The notes beneath the pieces are model-generated. The model had not been told where the DNA came from. It did no database searches and was given only the letters and a program-made list of their open reading frames with translations. A DNA stretch of 64,000 nucleotides from Takakia lepidozioides (lineage: Eukaryota > Plantae > Bryophyta): the NCBI GenBank assembly GCA_030704615.1, contig CM060733.1, forward strand, positions 35,278,001-35,342,000, read 5' to 3'. Shown piece by piece: positions 26,200 through 38,962 of the stretch. The position numbers and the translations under genes were made by a program. Numbering within the stretch: the first letter of the stretch is position 1; each line of letters begins with the position of its first letter.

Positions 26200-27437
26200 G
26201 GGTGGTTAGCCTCACGCTTGGTGTTGTAGGCATCTCTGGTCCCAGGCTTGTAAGTTTTCCATCGCCTTGCACCTGTCTCGTGCTTTGGAGATAAATGCAC
26301 ACAAGCCAGACCCCTCCTCAATCTTGACTCATTTCAAAATCAAAGGAAACACAATGACAAAATCAGTTGGGCATGAGCTGAGCAGCTGCCTTCCTCCGTT
26401 TCAAGTTTCAAGGGAGGACTTGTTATTATTCAGACAAAAGTAAACCTAGACATGTACTTGTAATTGGGCAGACACTTACCGTAGAGGTGAGGCTCCAGTG
26501 AACTAGCCTTGTGCAATCAACTCACCCGACAAATGAACCACTCAGCATCCGCTGAAGAAGGCTGAAGACAAAGAAGTCCACGTGGGCTCTTGGCCAGCTT
26601 AAAGAATGCAAGGGTATCTAGCCTCTTCTGGTTATCACTGTGCCATTTACGGACAAAGACAGCACACAGTACACCGTACAGTACATACAGTACCTTGGGT
26701 GACCCTGCTGTCTTTGTCGTACATGAGCTCCCCACAATCATCCCTTCTGCTTAGAACCCACACTCTCATTGTTATCACTGATCAAACTTGCTGTGAGATT
26801 TCCATCCAATGCCTCGTCTCTGCCTCGTCTCCCTGCACTGTTTCTTGCTTCAGAACTCAATCTAAAAATATGACTTTGCCAACTGGCTCCAGTTGTGGAC
26901 ATGTACATGTAGATACAAACAAGGCATTCAACATATATCAACTTCTTTGATGTCGATTCCCAGTAACATCAATTACAATTTATGACCATGTGCAAATCCC
27001 TTTGCTCCAGGATACCAGGCATCTCTGCAGCTTAACTCTTTGTGGTTCCCGAGAAGATTCGTTTACTAAGTAAGAAAATGCCTGTTTTGAGCAGTTCCCT
27101 GCCTCTCGAGTCCGGTACTTCCCCAAGACAAACAATTGTCCAGTATGAGGGTCTGAAGCTTTGACAGCTGTCCAATGGAATCCCGTTAACTTCCTCAAAG
27201 AAGAGCTGGCCAAACATAGCGTTTCAAGTTCTGACAACAGTCCGTCTCTTTCCAAATTGTAACATTGTGAGGCACCCAAAACCCGCAACACGATGGCACT
27301 GGGTAGTTGCTTCAAGTTCTTAAAACTACTCAATGTGAGAAGTGGAGCTGTGGTAAGTCCAATTTGGGAGCAGAGCAACAGAATGTCTAGTTGGCCTTCC
27401 CCAGGAGCAGCAGCTGCTCGCCCCACGTCCATCCTCC
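26200..27437 (-). pseudogene. Spliced gene or pseudogene of unknown function
   Basis: GT-AG bounded exon-like segments (acceptor TTTTCAG before 27437; exon 26527-26637 DNQKRLDTLAFFKLAKSPRGLLCLQPSSADAEWFICR ending GTGAGT) and a 150-aa ORF at 26980-27432. No continuous frame could be assembled. Confidence 0.35.
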
Positions 27438-29421
27438 TGAAAATAATTACCTGGATTAGCAGCGCAGGTATATTTTAAATTAAAACACAGAGGAAAAGTA
27501 ACCTTGCTATGGGCCGTGAAGGCTTACAGGGGCGGAACCGGACCTCAGGAAGGCAGAAAACAGGCTGAAAAGAGAGCACGAAGAGAGAGGACATTCAGTC
27601 TTCACAACCAGCGGATGTGAGGGAAAAAAAACCACGATCACAACTCAAGAGGAAAGTCCTGAAACACTTCAGAAAGGAGAGACACGAAACCACCAGCGAA
27701 GCTCGAGGTGATTCCGCCCCAAGACGACATCACACACCGAGCCTGACGAAGGCTAACTGTGCACATTTTTTCTTGGACAGTCCCTAAGGCGTAACTAGAT
27801 TTCATTTTAGGTGTTGTGGTCGCCTAGATGGTGTTAATGGGCGATCATTATTCCTGCCGTCATTCACTTGCATCAAGAAGATTTCACCCCTGCTCCTCAA
27901 CTCCACCACATGTTGAAGCATAATGGAGTGGATGCCTTTGAACTCACTAAGCTGTGGCTGACTGCTTTCTCTTTACACATGTTATTGTTGTAGTCATTAC
28001 GTGAGAGGTAACTGTACAGCTGGAATGTCCAGCTCGGCTATGTAGAATGCAAACCTATGTAAGTCACCACGTAGGCCCCTTTTGAACCCCTGTGCCGACC
28101 ATCATGATCTGGCTTTTCCCTCCCTGGCCGTCTGGGTGTATATTCCCTGTTTTTCCCCCTTAGCTCTCTCTTTCAAGCTTGGCGTGTGTGCTTTAGCTCC
28201 AAGAACCGTAGTATCGAGCTTGTGAGCTGTGTCTGTGACAGGTTGAGCTTTTCTGTACTGCTCGTGTGCTTTAATCAAGTGAATCAGGGCTTTATTTATA
28301 CTCTTGTCTCGTGGGCGTGTCTTGCCTGTGTGGTTCTGTGTCAATCACTCCTTGTGTTTTTTTCACTTTTTCACAATAGTTATGCAGTTTCTTTCTGATT
28401 CCTGAGAATCCTCTGAAGAGTTCTTTGTTGGTGGGTGTTAAGATTGTAAATTCTTGGTATATCGTCATCATCATCTGATTCATAATCGTTAGAAGTGCAA
28501 TTTTGTTTTGCCTTGCCTTTTGCCTTGGTGGTCGTCCGAACGGATTTCTTTGGAGTAGCCCTTGCTCTCTTCTTTGTAAGAACAACAGGATCACTTGACT
28601 GCGATTCAAAATCCCTGTCATTAACCGGCAACTCGGTACCTGCTTCACTGACACATGTTGGCACGACGCTTTCTGGCCTACCGACGCTTTCTGACCTCTT
28701 CAATATCGGAAGTTTGGATCTGGTAGCTGCATTGTGTAGTGCAGGTGGTCTTCCAAATGAGCTACATACTTGTGCAAATGATGCTAACGGAGTGACATGC
28801 TCGAATTGCTTACTGGAGATTTGACTGCCGTAATCCGGGTTTGAAAGACTTTGTGAAAATTGACTTCCTGGTCATCTTCCTACGACAAGAGATCTTCTCG
28901 ATTCATGCTTCACGCTGCTTTGGCTTCGCGATGCTTCGGCAAAAGTACAGGGTGCAGAGGTTCCATATACACAAACAATCTACACTTTTGATTGTATGGT
29001 GTGATATGATTTTTTTTTAAATCTGTTGCACTCTACGTTGGAAGTTGTGTCTGGAGAGTCATTTTGGGGTGATCCTTAAGTGCTTTGATCCTCTTGTTGG
29101 AGGAAAAACAGTTTGAGAAAGGGTGTATTGGGCGGCGCACTTATCATCTGTGGAGTTGACTATATATCACAATTTCTAATCATCACGATATGAATTTGTA
29201 CCAGAAGATATCTGAAACTTTAGGATCCACAAAAGCTCCTGTATCTGTTATGTACAGAAAAATCCAAGTATGTTGGAGTAGGGCAGAATTGCACTGACAG
29301 CCTAACCTAAAATCTGTTGAATGTCATCAAATACTGGGTATAGTCTCTTACATTTCCGTAGGAATGTTATAAAAGGACTGTTGTACTCCAATATGGGGCA
29401 TGAGGGGAGAGATTTATGGAA

Positions 29422-32400
29422 TTAAAGCTGGAGCGACTGAAGGGCAACCTTGGCTGCAAGGGATGCCCTACTTTGTTCAGCATATTGGGTGACGTTGGTC
29501 AGTCGCACTCCCGTGTCCACAGCTGCCATAGCTTTCAGCCTTTCTTGCAACAGCTTGTGTAACTCTCCTGGACTCGCACCTGCCCATGAGATTTATTGAA
29601 TGTTACTACCAGAATGTGCTGTAGCAATGACATTCACACAAATGCAAGTGGGGAGTTGCAAGCAAAGAATACAGGGGAAAAGACAGGATAGAGGGGATAG
29701 AAGAAGAACAGGAGAAGAGAGAAAATGAAAAGAAATGGTGCTTTATAACGTCCGCGGAAAGCTCATAGAGCTTATGGGACAAAATGGAAGAAAACATGAG
29801 AGGAAACAAAACCAGAACCCAAGAATGAGAACTAATGTTCTAGTGATTGTCTAAGGGTGAAGGCCTCGTGCAGGTAAGCTGCCAAGCATTTCTGATCCTC
29901 ATTGTGGAAGACCTCAGTGAGAGTTGGGGTTCCACTGAATAAACAGTGGAATCTCCCACGGATCTCGTAGTATAGAGGGCAGTAGAAGAAGAAGTGTTCT
30001 TCAGTTTCAATTTCCCGGCTGCGCCCTATGCAAGCTGGACAGAGGTGGTCCTCCCCATGCAGGTTTTCCCATCTGCCAGTCTCTATCCGTAGGTTGTGGG
30101 AATCCACCCTGAACCGCCCCAATGCCCTCACGAGGGAAGGAGATAAGGATGCTGAAAGGTAATTCGGCCTCAAGATTCTATCATCTCGGAGCACCAAAAG
30201 AAAGGAAGGAAGAAAGTGTGAGAATAACATAGAAGAAAGCAAGAGAAAAAGAAAAGAGAGGAGCTTGGGAGAGAGACAATGTACCTGCAACAGGCTGGAG
30301 GGCAGCGAAAGAGAGGCGCTCTTCGCAGCTGGGAACAAAGCCCTTGACCAAATCATCAAGCTCCCCCTTCTCTGCCCATTGTAAGGCTTTCTCCAGTGGT
30401 GTTTGCAAAGTTTCATCTTTTGCAGTCTGCATACAAGTGATGCACCAAAACTGCCTTTTGAAAGGAGGAAAACCCTTTATCTATGTAGTTTCCTTGTGTC
30501 TGAGAGTACTATTACCAGGGACTGTCAACAATCACTTTGCTCCTAGTTTAAGAACAACACTACAATACTTTCGACAGCTAGGGTAGGGAAGGAGGGGTTA
30601 GAACTTATTGCTTTTTCACTGGAGACTTATGGCCAAGGACTCCATTAATCTAGTGTGGTGGGAGGAGGAAGAAGAACAAACAGTTGCACCACGTGGGAGA
30701 AGTCATTTGGTTTGGTGTATGTTTTACCTTAATCTTAATTTGGAGTTGCTGCACATCTGCCAATGTCTTCTTGAGCTCCTCAGTTGATGCACACAAAGAT
30801 TTCCTATCTTCTGGGGTTTCGTCTTTTACCGGCACCACTGTGCACTTAATGAATGGCTCCATCTGTCACAAACTCAAGTTTCATACTGCACTTTTTTTCT
30901 GAAAGCTACCAATGGTGTTTGCAGGCTGAAGAAATGAGGAACATCGGGTGAAGCATTCTAACACTGAAACTTGACCTAACTTCAGATGAGCCATACCTGA
31001 GTTAAGTTGACCATCTTGATGCGGCCAATCCCTCGGATTGTTACAAGAGCTCCTATTTCCAAACGCCTAACCTGCAATAGCCGAGCAACACCTCATCACA
31101 CTGCTTGCAAGCCTGAACAAAGCATCTCCAGTAGACTCTGATTTGTCTTCTTTCCATGAATATATAAACCATCTAGTTTGGAATGTTATATGTCTTGCAC
31201 TGTACAAATTAGTTTGCAGTCATCTCACACCGAAACCCCCCCGCCCCATGCCATTCACCATATGAATAACAAAATGGACTAGTCGACAAGTCAGGTTTCA
31301 TTTGAAAAAGAAAATGCACCGCAACCATCTTTATGCTTATTTCTCCTCCCTGCATAGACCCGTTCCACATATATAAACTTCTCCACCATATACTTCGTCC
31401 ATAGAACCACGGAGTTTGACTACTTCTAGTAATGATGTGTTATAAAATCCACCACCCAGGAACATCACACACTGCTCATTCGACTGAAATCTTGTGGGGC
31501 CCTTACACCATTTTGCCATGTTGACACACTAGATGGTCATAAGCCATGCCCCAAGTCTTGAAGGTGGACTCCACAGACACAGTGTAGTTGCCCCATTGTT
31601 GTAGCAATGTGTGACATCCTCCGAACATGTTTTCTGTACACAGCTTTTGCATTGCTGTCCCAGTTGGCTGGAATGAGCGGTTGATTCTTAGTTGGGAGAA
31701 ATAAATTCATCAGCATGTAACGATTGAAACAGAATAGGTTCACTATTTGGCCTTCACAATGCCCAGGAATTGATGCCGGACCAGGTACTGGGCAGATTGA
31801 TACACAACACCACAATTAGTTTCTACAATCATGACTAACTATGGGTAAGATACCTGGGGGCCTTACACTCTCAATGCGAGCCAAGCAGCCATAGGTAGCC
31901 ACAAATGATGCAACTCCAGTGTCCTCTCCCTTCACTGGCTCAATCACAATGTGTGCAAACAGATAGTTGGGCCGTCCAATCACCTGCAAGGGCACAACAC
32001 AATACAGATGAACAAAAGCATGCTTAGCTGTAGCTATTAGTGAAGAAGACAAAGTATTTTCTGGGCAATGAGGCTGCCAACCACTGTCAGGTCAGCTTGT
32101 GTATGATCAGATCTGGGCATTGTCTTGTCCGCCCCCATCACCTGCAAGCACCCACACACAGCACAGGTGAACAGAAGCATAGCTATTTGTGAAGTGGGTA
32201 ACATTCAGTTTTAGGCAATTGACTGCTAAAAACGTCTGCCATTGACATCATGCTTGAAAGTGTGAGATCAATTCCAGCAATGCTCACTTAGCCCTCTACC
32301 TTACAGGAGACATGACAAATTTGCCTGTGCTTACACTCCGAAACACTGGAAGGAGAAACTGAGGGAAGAGAGAAAGAAAACAAGGACATTTGTTACATCT

Positions 32401-33925
32401 GCTGGAGGTCGGAAGGACCGGAACAGAGCTAAGAGAGAGAGATAGGAAACAAAAGAAGTAGAGGCATTGATTGGTACCTGATCTAGGAGCGCTAGAAACC
32501 TTGCCTCATACAAATGCAATGTTTTTGTTGAAGATGGAACAAAAACCTGGATACACCACCAAAGTCCTTGGGCCACTGAATTTCCAAAACGGAGATGGAA
32601 CAAAAACCTGGAAACACCAACAAAGTCCTCTTGCCACTGAATTTCCAAAACTGCTTTATTTATCGACTGTTAACTTGGCAGCAATGTTCTTTAGAGGAGC
32701 TGGGTTCCTATGATCTTCACTATATAGTCCTTCGCCCTCTTTTCGATCATACTGGATGATTAACGCCACAGTATTCTCTTCCTCTGGTGCAGCACAAATA
32801 TCCCTCTCAAAATCATGTAGCCCAAAAATCTTCTGCCAATGTACTTCCCATTCTGAGAGTAGATGCCAAATTAAAATACCTCAGCAGGGGAGAACGGCAG
32901 ACAGGGGAGCTCCATGATGGTTGCATCTGCCCACCATATCCACACCAGCCACCCAGAAAAAAAAAAAAAATCATTGTGCTGTTCAACAAAACTGCTCATA
33001 AAACTTCCATACAGAAAATCATGTATGAAGATGGATATTGACTCTTAAATTTCTCTGTAAAAGATTGCATTGACGCAAGAAGAGGTCCCCACAGGCAGTG
33101 ACAAGCGATGAGAAAGATTAAGGACGGCGAGTTGCCAGTGAGAGGTAGGGGAAGAGGCCGGCAAGGAGGTGACGAGATATGAAGGAATGAAGAAGCAGTA
33201 ATTTATTACGTCCACAGAAGTAGACGGACAGATAGAGACGGAGATTGAGGAAAAATCATTGCAGTGTGTGTATTATCAACAACTGCTGTGAATTGGTAAC
33301 TATATTCCTGTCTTCGCAGCAAATTCAAGTCTTCCAGTACAGACACCGCCAAATTACTGCAAAACGACCGAACTGTTCTTGCTCTATGAACGTCTCTGGA
33401 GAAATCAGTTCATGTAGTGGGAAGTTTCTCGTGATATCCTCCAGGTATTTGGAGACAAGCCTTGCGCATAATGTTGAAGTACAAGTTGCATTCCAGAGGC
33501 AAGTGGTAAGTTTTTGCTGGCACCCCTGTCACCAGGCAAAAGAGTGGACGTAGTATTGACAACATTGATCCAGATAATGGGCATCTTCGTGACGATGCTA
33601 AGAATGGGCACATACCATCTGAAACCGACACCCCGGCAGGCACAGTGGAACAATGTGCGGGTAACCACGAGCATCGAACCCTGTGGAAGCCGGTAGAGTG
33701 CACTCTTTTTCTGCTATCAATACTTTGGTCCTGTGGGCTATGAAACGACCCTCTCTGCTTTTCACGATCCACAGTGAGGTACGAACATGGCGGACTTCTA
33801 TGGCCACCGCGGGGGTACGACAAATGAGAGGAGGATGCAAGGTCGGCGAGTGAGGAGGTGAGAGAGAGAGGGGAAGACAAATGGTGCATAGACGGCATGG
33901 GAGATCCCACCACCGCCATAGCCAT
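29422..33925 (-). CDS. LON peptidase substrate-binding (N-terminal) domain protein, probably plastid-targeted, 8 exons
   Basis: Phase-consistent GT-AG exons: 33925-33616, 32926-32880, 32546-32478, 31983-31867, 31071-30997, 30862-30728, 30426-30285, 29579-29422. They give a Ser-rich transit-like N-terminus, ELPCLPFSPAEVFVPSSTKTLHLYEARFLALL, YGCLARIESVRRLEIGALVTIRGIGRIK, ERLSFAALQPV and SLAAKVALQSLQL*. Confidence 0.92.
29733..30196 (-). mobile_element. Second, shorter 5'-truncated copy of the same LINE, in the last intron of the LON-domain gene
   Basis: High similarity to 22700-23150 (RFRVDSHNLRIETGRW...EAFTLRQSLEH and same 3' UTR); flanked by AAAAGAAA on both sides. Confidence 0.9.
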
Positions 33926-35159
33926 CCTTGTGCGATCTCTCTCCAGATATTCTACACCAGATGGCTGTAAGCAGCAACGCTGAAACTCGCGCCTTTGAAC
34001 TTGGTGCACAGGTGCTGAGGTAGATGACCCAATTCAGAGCACATTGTAAAACCGATCCCTACCTAAGGTAGACAAACCTATAATGGCTCCTTTAAGAAAT
34101 GCAGGCAATTTCAGCTGTGCAGTGTCCTTATATACATTTTTCCCATGTAGGCACAAGAAAATGAAATTTATTGAAAAAAACAAAAACAAAAATCCAAAGT
34201 TATACATAATATTGGTGAATTTTCAAGCTGAAAACACATAATAATCCTTGAATGGACCAATAGGGGCTACTATTTTGAACAGCAAGTGCATTGAATCAGG
34301 AGCGCATGGGGCCCAAAAGGTGTGCATCATCATTCACTTTACTGATTCCGCTGCACAGTAGTATGGACCATGTCATTTAGTTGAACTACTCATTAGTTAC
34401 ATGAACTTGACTATTTACTGAGCTTTACGTATCTGACTACGCTGAAGCGTCCTCAGTGACTACGAGATGTGTCCCTGGACTAATTGAAAACGAACAGTCA
34501 TGATCTGCAAAACTAATCGCTAGTGGAGAATAAACTAATCTTCAGCTTGTCCAAAATGAGAACCATTTGATCCCAAAACTGATCGGCTTCTCAACAATCA
34601 CCGGCTCTGCTTACGCTTCTGTAAACCCACGGAGGTTCGATAAAGACGAACCCTGATGTATCCAGACTCGTTTGAATCCTGGCCCACTTGCTACAGTTTC
34701 CTAACAGTATGCATTTGCCAAAACGATTTAATGAATACCCAAATATGACCGTCACCCTCCTTGTTTTGAACCAGCAATAAATGTAAAACAGATCAGCCAC
34801 TTTAATACCTCTGATCTTTACCGTGCATGTAGTTTCCAGAGACTAATAATGAACTGCCATGTCATGCATGTAATTCGGATCGGCAGGTGTGCATGGACGT
34901 TTTTGAGTTCACATTTGAGCCATTTAACAAATAATTATAGGGGTCACATTTTGAATGGTAATTGTAGGTTTGTCTACCTTACTTATAAATGTGCATGAAA
35001 CAACTTGCGGCTAGTCGCGTAATGGCTCCACCCTGAGATGAGTAGAATATTTATTTGAAATGTTATATTGAAATTATATAACATTTCAAATGAATATTCT
35101 ATGTACATATTCTTTATTTCATTTTATGTACATATAAGTTATATAGGAATTGTTGGAAC

Positions 35160-37583
35160 CATGTTGTACTTGTATGTGCATTTTGACATACTAGACTGGT
35201 CCTGGTATGCCTAATGGACCTTTAAGGCCAAGCTGGTAGGGGCCGTGTAGATCCACTGTGGCATGGGTAGGATACGTGGCTGGTAGGAGTATTGTCATGT
35301 GGGACATACCCGGATGCCAGGTAGGAGTAGGTCTGAAATGGAATTCACATATTGTATACGGATATGTACAGGTATGTACAAATTTAACATGATATTTTTT
35401 ATTTATAATATTAGGTAATATTTTTACTTATTTAAAGCTCAAACTAAAATTTTGAGGTACCTCAAAATATATAGTTGAGGTTATATGTTATATTGATAAA
35501 GTGAAAAAATAAAAATAAAAATATATTATGTGTAAAAACATACCCAATGGGTAAAGGATAAGCCCAAAACTGGTTGTAGCTAAGATTGAGATCAATATAT
35601 GAATCGGGACGTTTGTTTTGTTTGTTTTGTAGATTTGAGTTGTCCCAAGCTGCTGGCCCAGCCTTGGTGCTTGGTACCATTGGAAAGCCCTCGACGAAGA
35701 GGGGTGCACGGGCTTGGTCTCATGATTTTTGGACCTGCGGTGTGGGAGATGTGGAATTTCCAGTACTTTGGGTCGCTGGAAATTCACGAAAAATTGCAAA
35801 GTGGGCATTCATGGACAATGGTTGGAGCCTCGACATGAGAGATATCAAGGGAAAGGTCTCCGGTTCAAATCTGGTTATAGGCTCTGTGGGAAAAAAATGA
35901 TTAGATATGGCTTGCTTCATATATTGATGCACTTGGACTTAGATAACATTGGACACTTGGGCCAAATGCAGGCTACCCTAGAGGTTGCACTTGGGCCTCG
36001 ACATAGGAGACACACTTGGATACATAGGGATTGCACTTGGACTTAGATGACAAGTTGGACACTTGGGCCAACGGCATAGGCTACCCTATCAATTTTATGA
36101 AGCGAGACGTTTGTTTTGTTTTGTTTTGTTTTGTAGATTTGAGATGTCCAAAACTGCGGGGCCCCACCCTAAGTGCTTGGTCCCGTTGGAAAGCCCTCGA
36201 CGAGGAGGGGTGCATGGGCTTGGTCTCACGATTTTTGGACCTACGGTGTGGGAGATGTGGAATTTCAAGTACTTTGGGTCGTTGGAAATTCCCGAAAAAT
36301 AGCAAAGTGGGAATTCATGGGACAATGGTTGGAGCCTCGATAGGAGAGATATTAAGGGAAAGGTCTCCGGTTCAAATCTGGTTGTAGGCTATGAGGAAAA
36401 AAAATGCATTTGGACTTAGATGGCATTGGACATTTGGGGCAACGGCACAGGCTACCCTGGAGGTCACACTTGGGTCTAGACATTGGAGACGCACTCGAAT
36501 GCATAGGAGATTGCACTTGGGCTTAGATGACCCTGGAGGTCACACTTGGGTCTAGACATTGGAGACGCACTCGAATGCATAGGAGATTGCACTTGGGCTT
36601 AGATGACCCTGGACACTTGGGCCAACGGCAGAGGCTACCCTAGTAATTACTAATACAACTAAGGGCGCCATAGGTATTGAACAAAAGAAAGTTTCTTTCA
36701 ATCATAACCAAGTTGTTGAGGTTTTCCACCCCCAGCCTGCATCTCCGCAAACTTCTCAAGACACCGACCCCACTAAAAATCCTTTCAGTCTCGATTTGGC
36801 TCCTTGGAATGCCCAATATCTGCCTCACCAACCACGCCACATTTGGCCACCTCTGTGCATTTCCTTTCCACCACAACAAAGACGACACACAATCTTCAGT
36901 ATGAACATTATGATGCCGAAAAGATGAAAGCTCAACAACTAACAGCCGAGTCAGGTGCCTCAGCTGGGGATAAAGGAGCATCAAATAAAGAGTCAATAAC
37001 TGGAGCTGAGGGCACAGGAGTGGCTGCTGCAGCCCCTAGGTTAAGAAATTGTTGACTTTCACAAACATGGGCATCAGGCACTGCTGGTCATATTCGGCCA
37101 CAAACTGCACCGCACGTTCCCGCCCCACAAACTCACGGACACATGCAAGTCCCTTGTACCTGGGATCGAGCATTAGGGCCATCACGTAATGTGATTTGTC
37201 AGCCTGAAAGGTCTTGGCAAATGATAAAAAAGGGGCCAACACTTTCACAGCCTCCCCGGCCATCCTTCCATACAAAATCTCCAACTTTGAGTCCACATCG
37301 CCACATCGCAAGGGTGGGCGAATTGCACACCTTCTGTCATACTCAGCTTGCCCCGGCCATCCATTTTTTTCAAAGAGTAGGCCATAACCGGGATCGGAAG
37401 AGGGCTCAAAACACATGGTACCCGGCCAACACTAGTGGTTACGTCATTTTCCCTAAAACCCGAGTTGTACGCACAACTGGGTATTGCTCAACGACACCCC
37501 CGACTGATTGATTCTTTGATACCTAGTTTACTCAAACCCGGGCACATACCCAAGGTCAATTGGCACATACCAGTACAACACTG
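35160..37583 (-). mobile_element. Internally deleted hAT element with C-terminal transposase remnant (36680-37416)
   Basis: TIR-like CATGTTGTACTTGTATGTGC (35160) vs TGGCACATACCAGTACAACACTG (ends 37583); MLDPRYKGL and LLWWK...QILGIPRSQIETERIFS motifs, related to the 8915-12050 element. Confidence 0.8.
35590..36643 (+). repeat. Composite tandem-repeat insertion (about 480-bp and about 80-bp duplications), probable non-autonomous Helitron
   Basis: 35590-35900 is repeated at 36085-36400; 36457-36610 is an 80-bp tandem. Ends GGGCCAACGGCAGAGGCTACCCTAG|T, resembling a Helitron hairpin plus CTAG end. Confidence 0.55.
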
Positions 37584-38563
37584 GTTCAGACTTAGATGGT
37601 TGGGAAGGGGGAAGGGCAGTGTATGAGAGGAAAGCAAGAATGGGGGTACTGCAAATAATATGTTGTGTACAGTGGCCTACCTTTTGTACATGAAGTTGGT
37701 TGCCCTTCAGAATTTCCTCCTGGAAGCTCTATGCCGTAGCTCCACATGATCTAATCATATACCCCAGAATTGTGCTTGTAGCCTTATAGCCACATAATAT
37801 CCCACACCTAGTTTGGACTCTTCAAAGTAAGGGTTAGGGAGGGCCCCAGGCTATCAGAGTTGGTATTATAAGTAACCAGCGTAGCTACGGCGTGAGCCCA
37901 GCCCCGTGAGCCTGGGAGCTGAGCTCACGTTGTAGCAACAAAGTGTGAGCTGAGCTCACACTTCAGGGAAGTGTGAGCAGCACAAATCTGCTGGAGAAGC
38001 AGGTCCTATAGGCGAGGATTGCAGGAAGAGGGCCTATTACCGTGGACAAAACAAAGGGGGCCACCATGCACCATGTCTGCAATGCCTGCACAAAAAGAGG
38101 AATATGAAAATATGTGTCGTGCGCATACATATCGCTACACAACTACATCGCTGTCCAAAAACCACACAACACATGTGCACACCACACACTAGTATACCAC
38201 TAGTCCACCACTAGTCCAACCACTAGTCCAACCACTAGGCTACAACTAGTCAGTCACTAGGCTGCCACTATGCTGCCCACTATGGCAGTCACTAGTCCAC
38301 ACAATCGCCCCCCTAGCTGGTGCTTAGGTCCCTCTAAGTCCAGGTAGCCACAAGATGTGATAGTGACCATAGCCTCACTAAGTCCTCCACCACTATCCCT
38401 ACTACACTCAAACTCGATAGAGCAAGAGGCCGGGTGCAAGAGTTGCCCCATCGTTAGTCGCCGTCTTGCAACCTGTGAACTTGAGCTTGGGATCTCATGT
38501 ATTGACTCCTATGAGCTTGGCCTCCCATGTCTTGTTAGCTGCCTCCAGTCATGTCCACTGCCA

Positions 38564-38790
38564 CTATCCCAAGCAGTGTGGACACAACCAATCTCCGTCA
38601 GGAACCTTCTCAAGAGGTGGTGTCAAGCATCCCATATGCCAACCCCTTGAGCATCGATCACACACCAGCATGGTGGCTGCCCCTTTGGCAGACCCACAGA
38701 GCATGTACCTCAAACCTGCATGTACTACTGCCAAGTTTGGGTCAACTCTGCCATCGACATTGGGAAGGTGACATGGCGCACAATTACGCA
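38564..38790 (-). CDS. PHD finger at the integrase C-terminus
   Basis: (Y)MLC...MLVCDRCSRGWHMGCLTPPLEKVPDGDWLCPHC fits C4-H-C3 with the first Cys changed to Tyr. Confidence 0.9.
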
Positions 38791-38962
38791 CATGGTCCTT
38801 CCAAGTCACGCCATCCCGACCCTCCAAGATCAGGACCCCTGAGGGCAACACCTCTCGAACCCTCAGAATAACACGCCCTGCAGTAACATCCAGAGTCGTA
38901 GGAGCAGTCTGCTACAAATAAACATAGTCACCAGGGCTAAACCTCCGAACCCCAGGACGATA

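Noticed and set aside
8915-37583. One giant 28.7-kb hAT element (flanks GTTCAAAC vs GTTCAGAC, 7/8 match)
   Set aside because: The 37583 end pairs better with the TIR at 35160, and the match is explained by the family's GTnnnnAC target bias.
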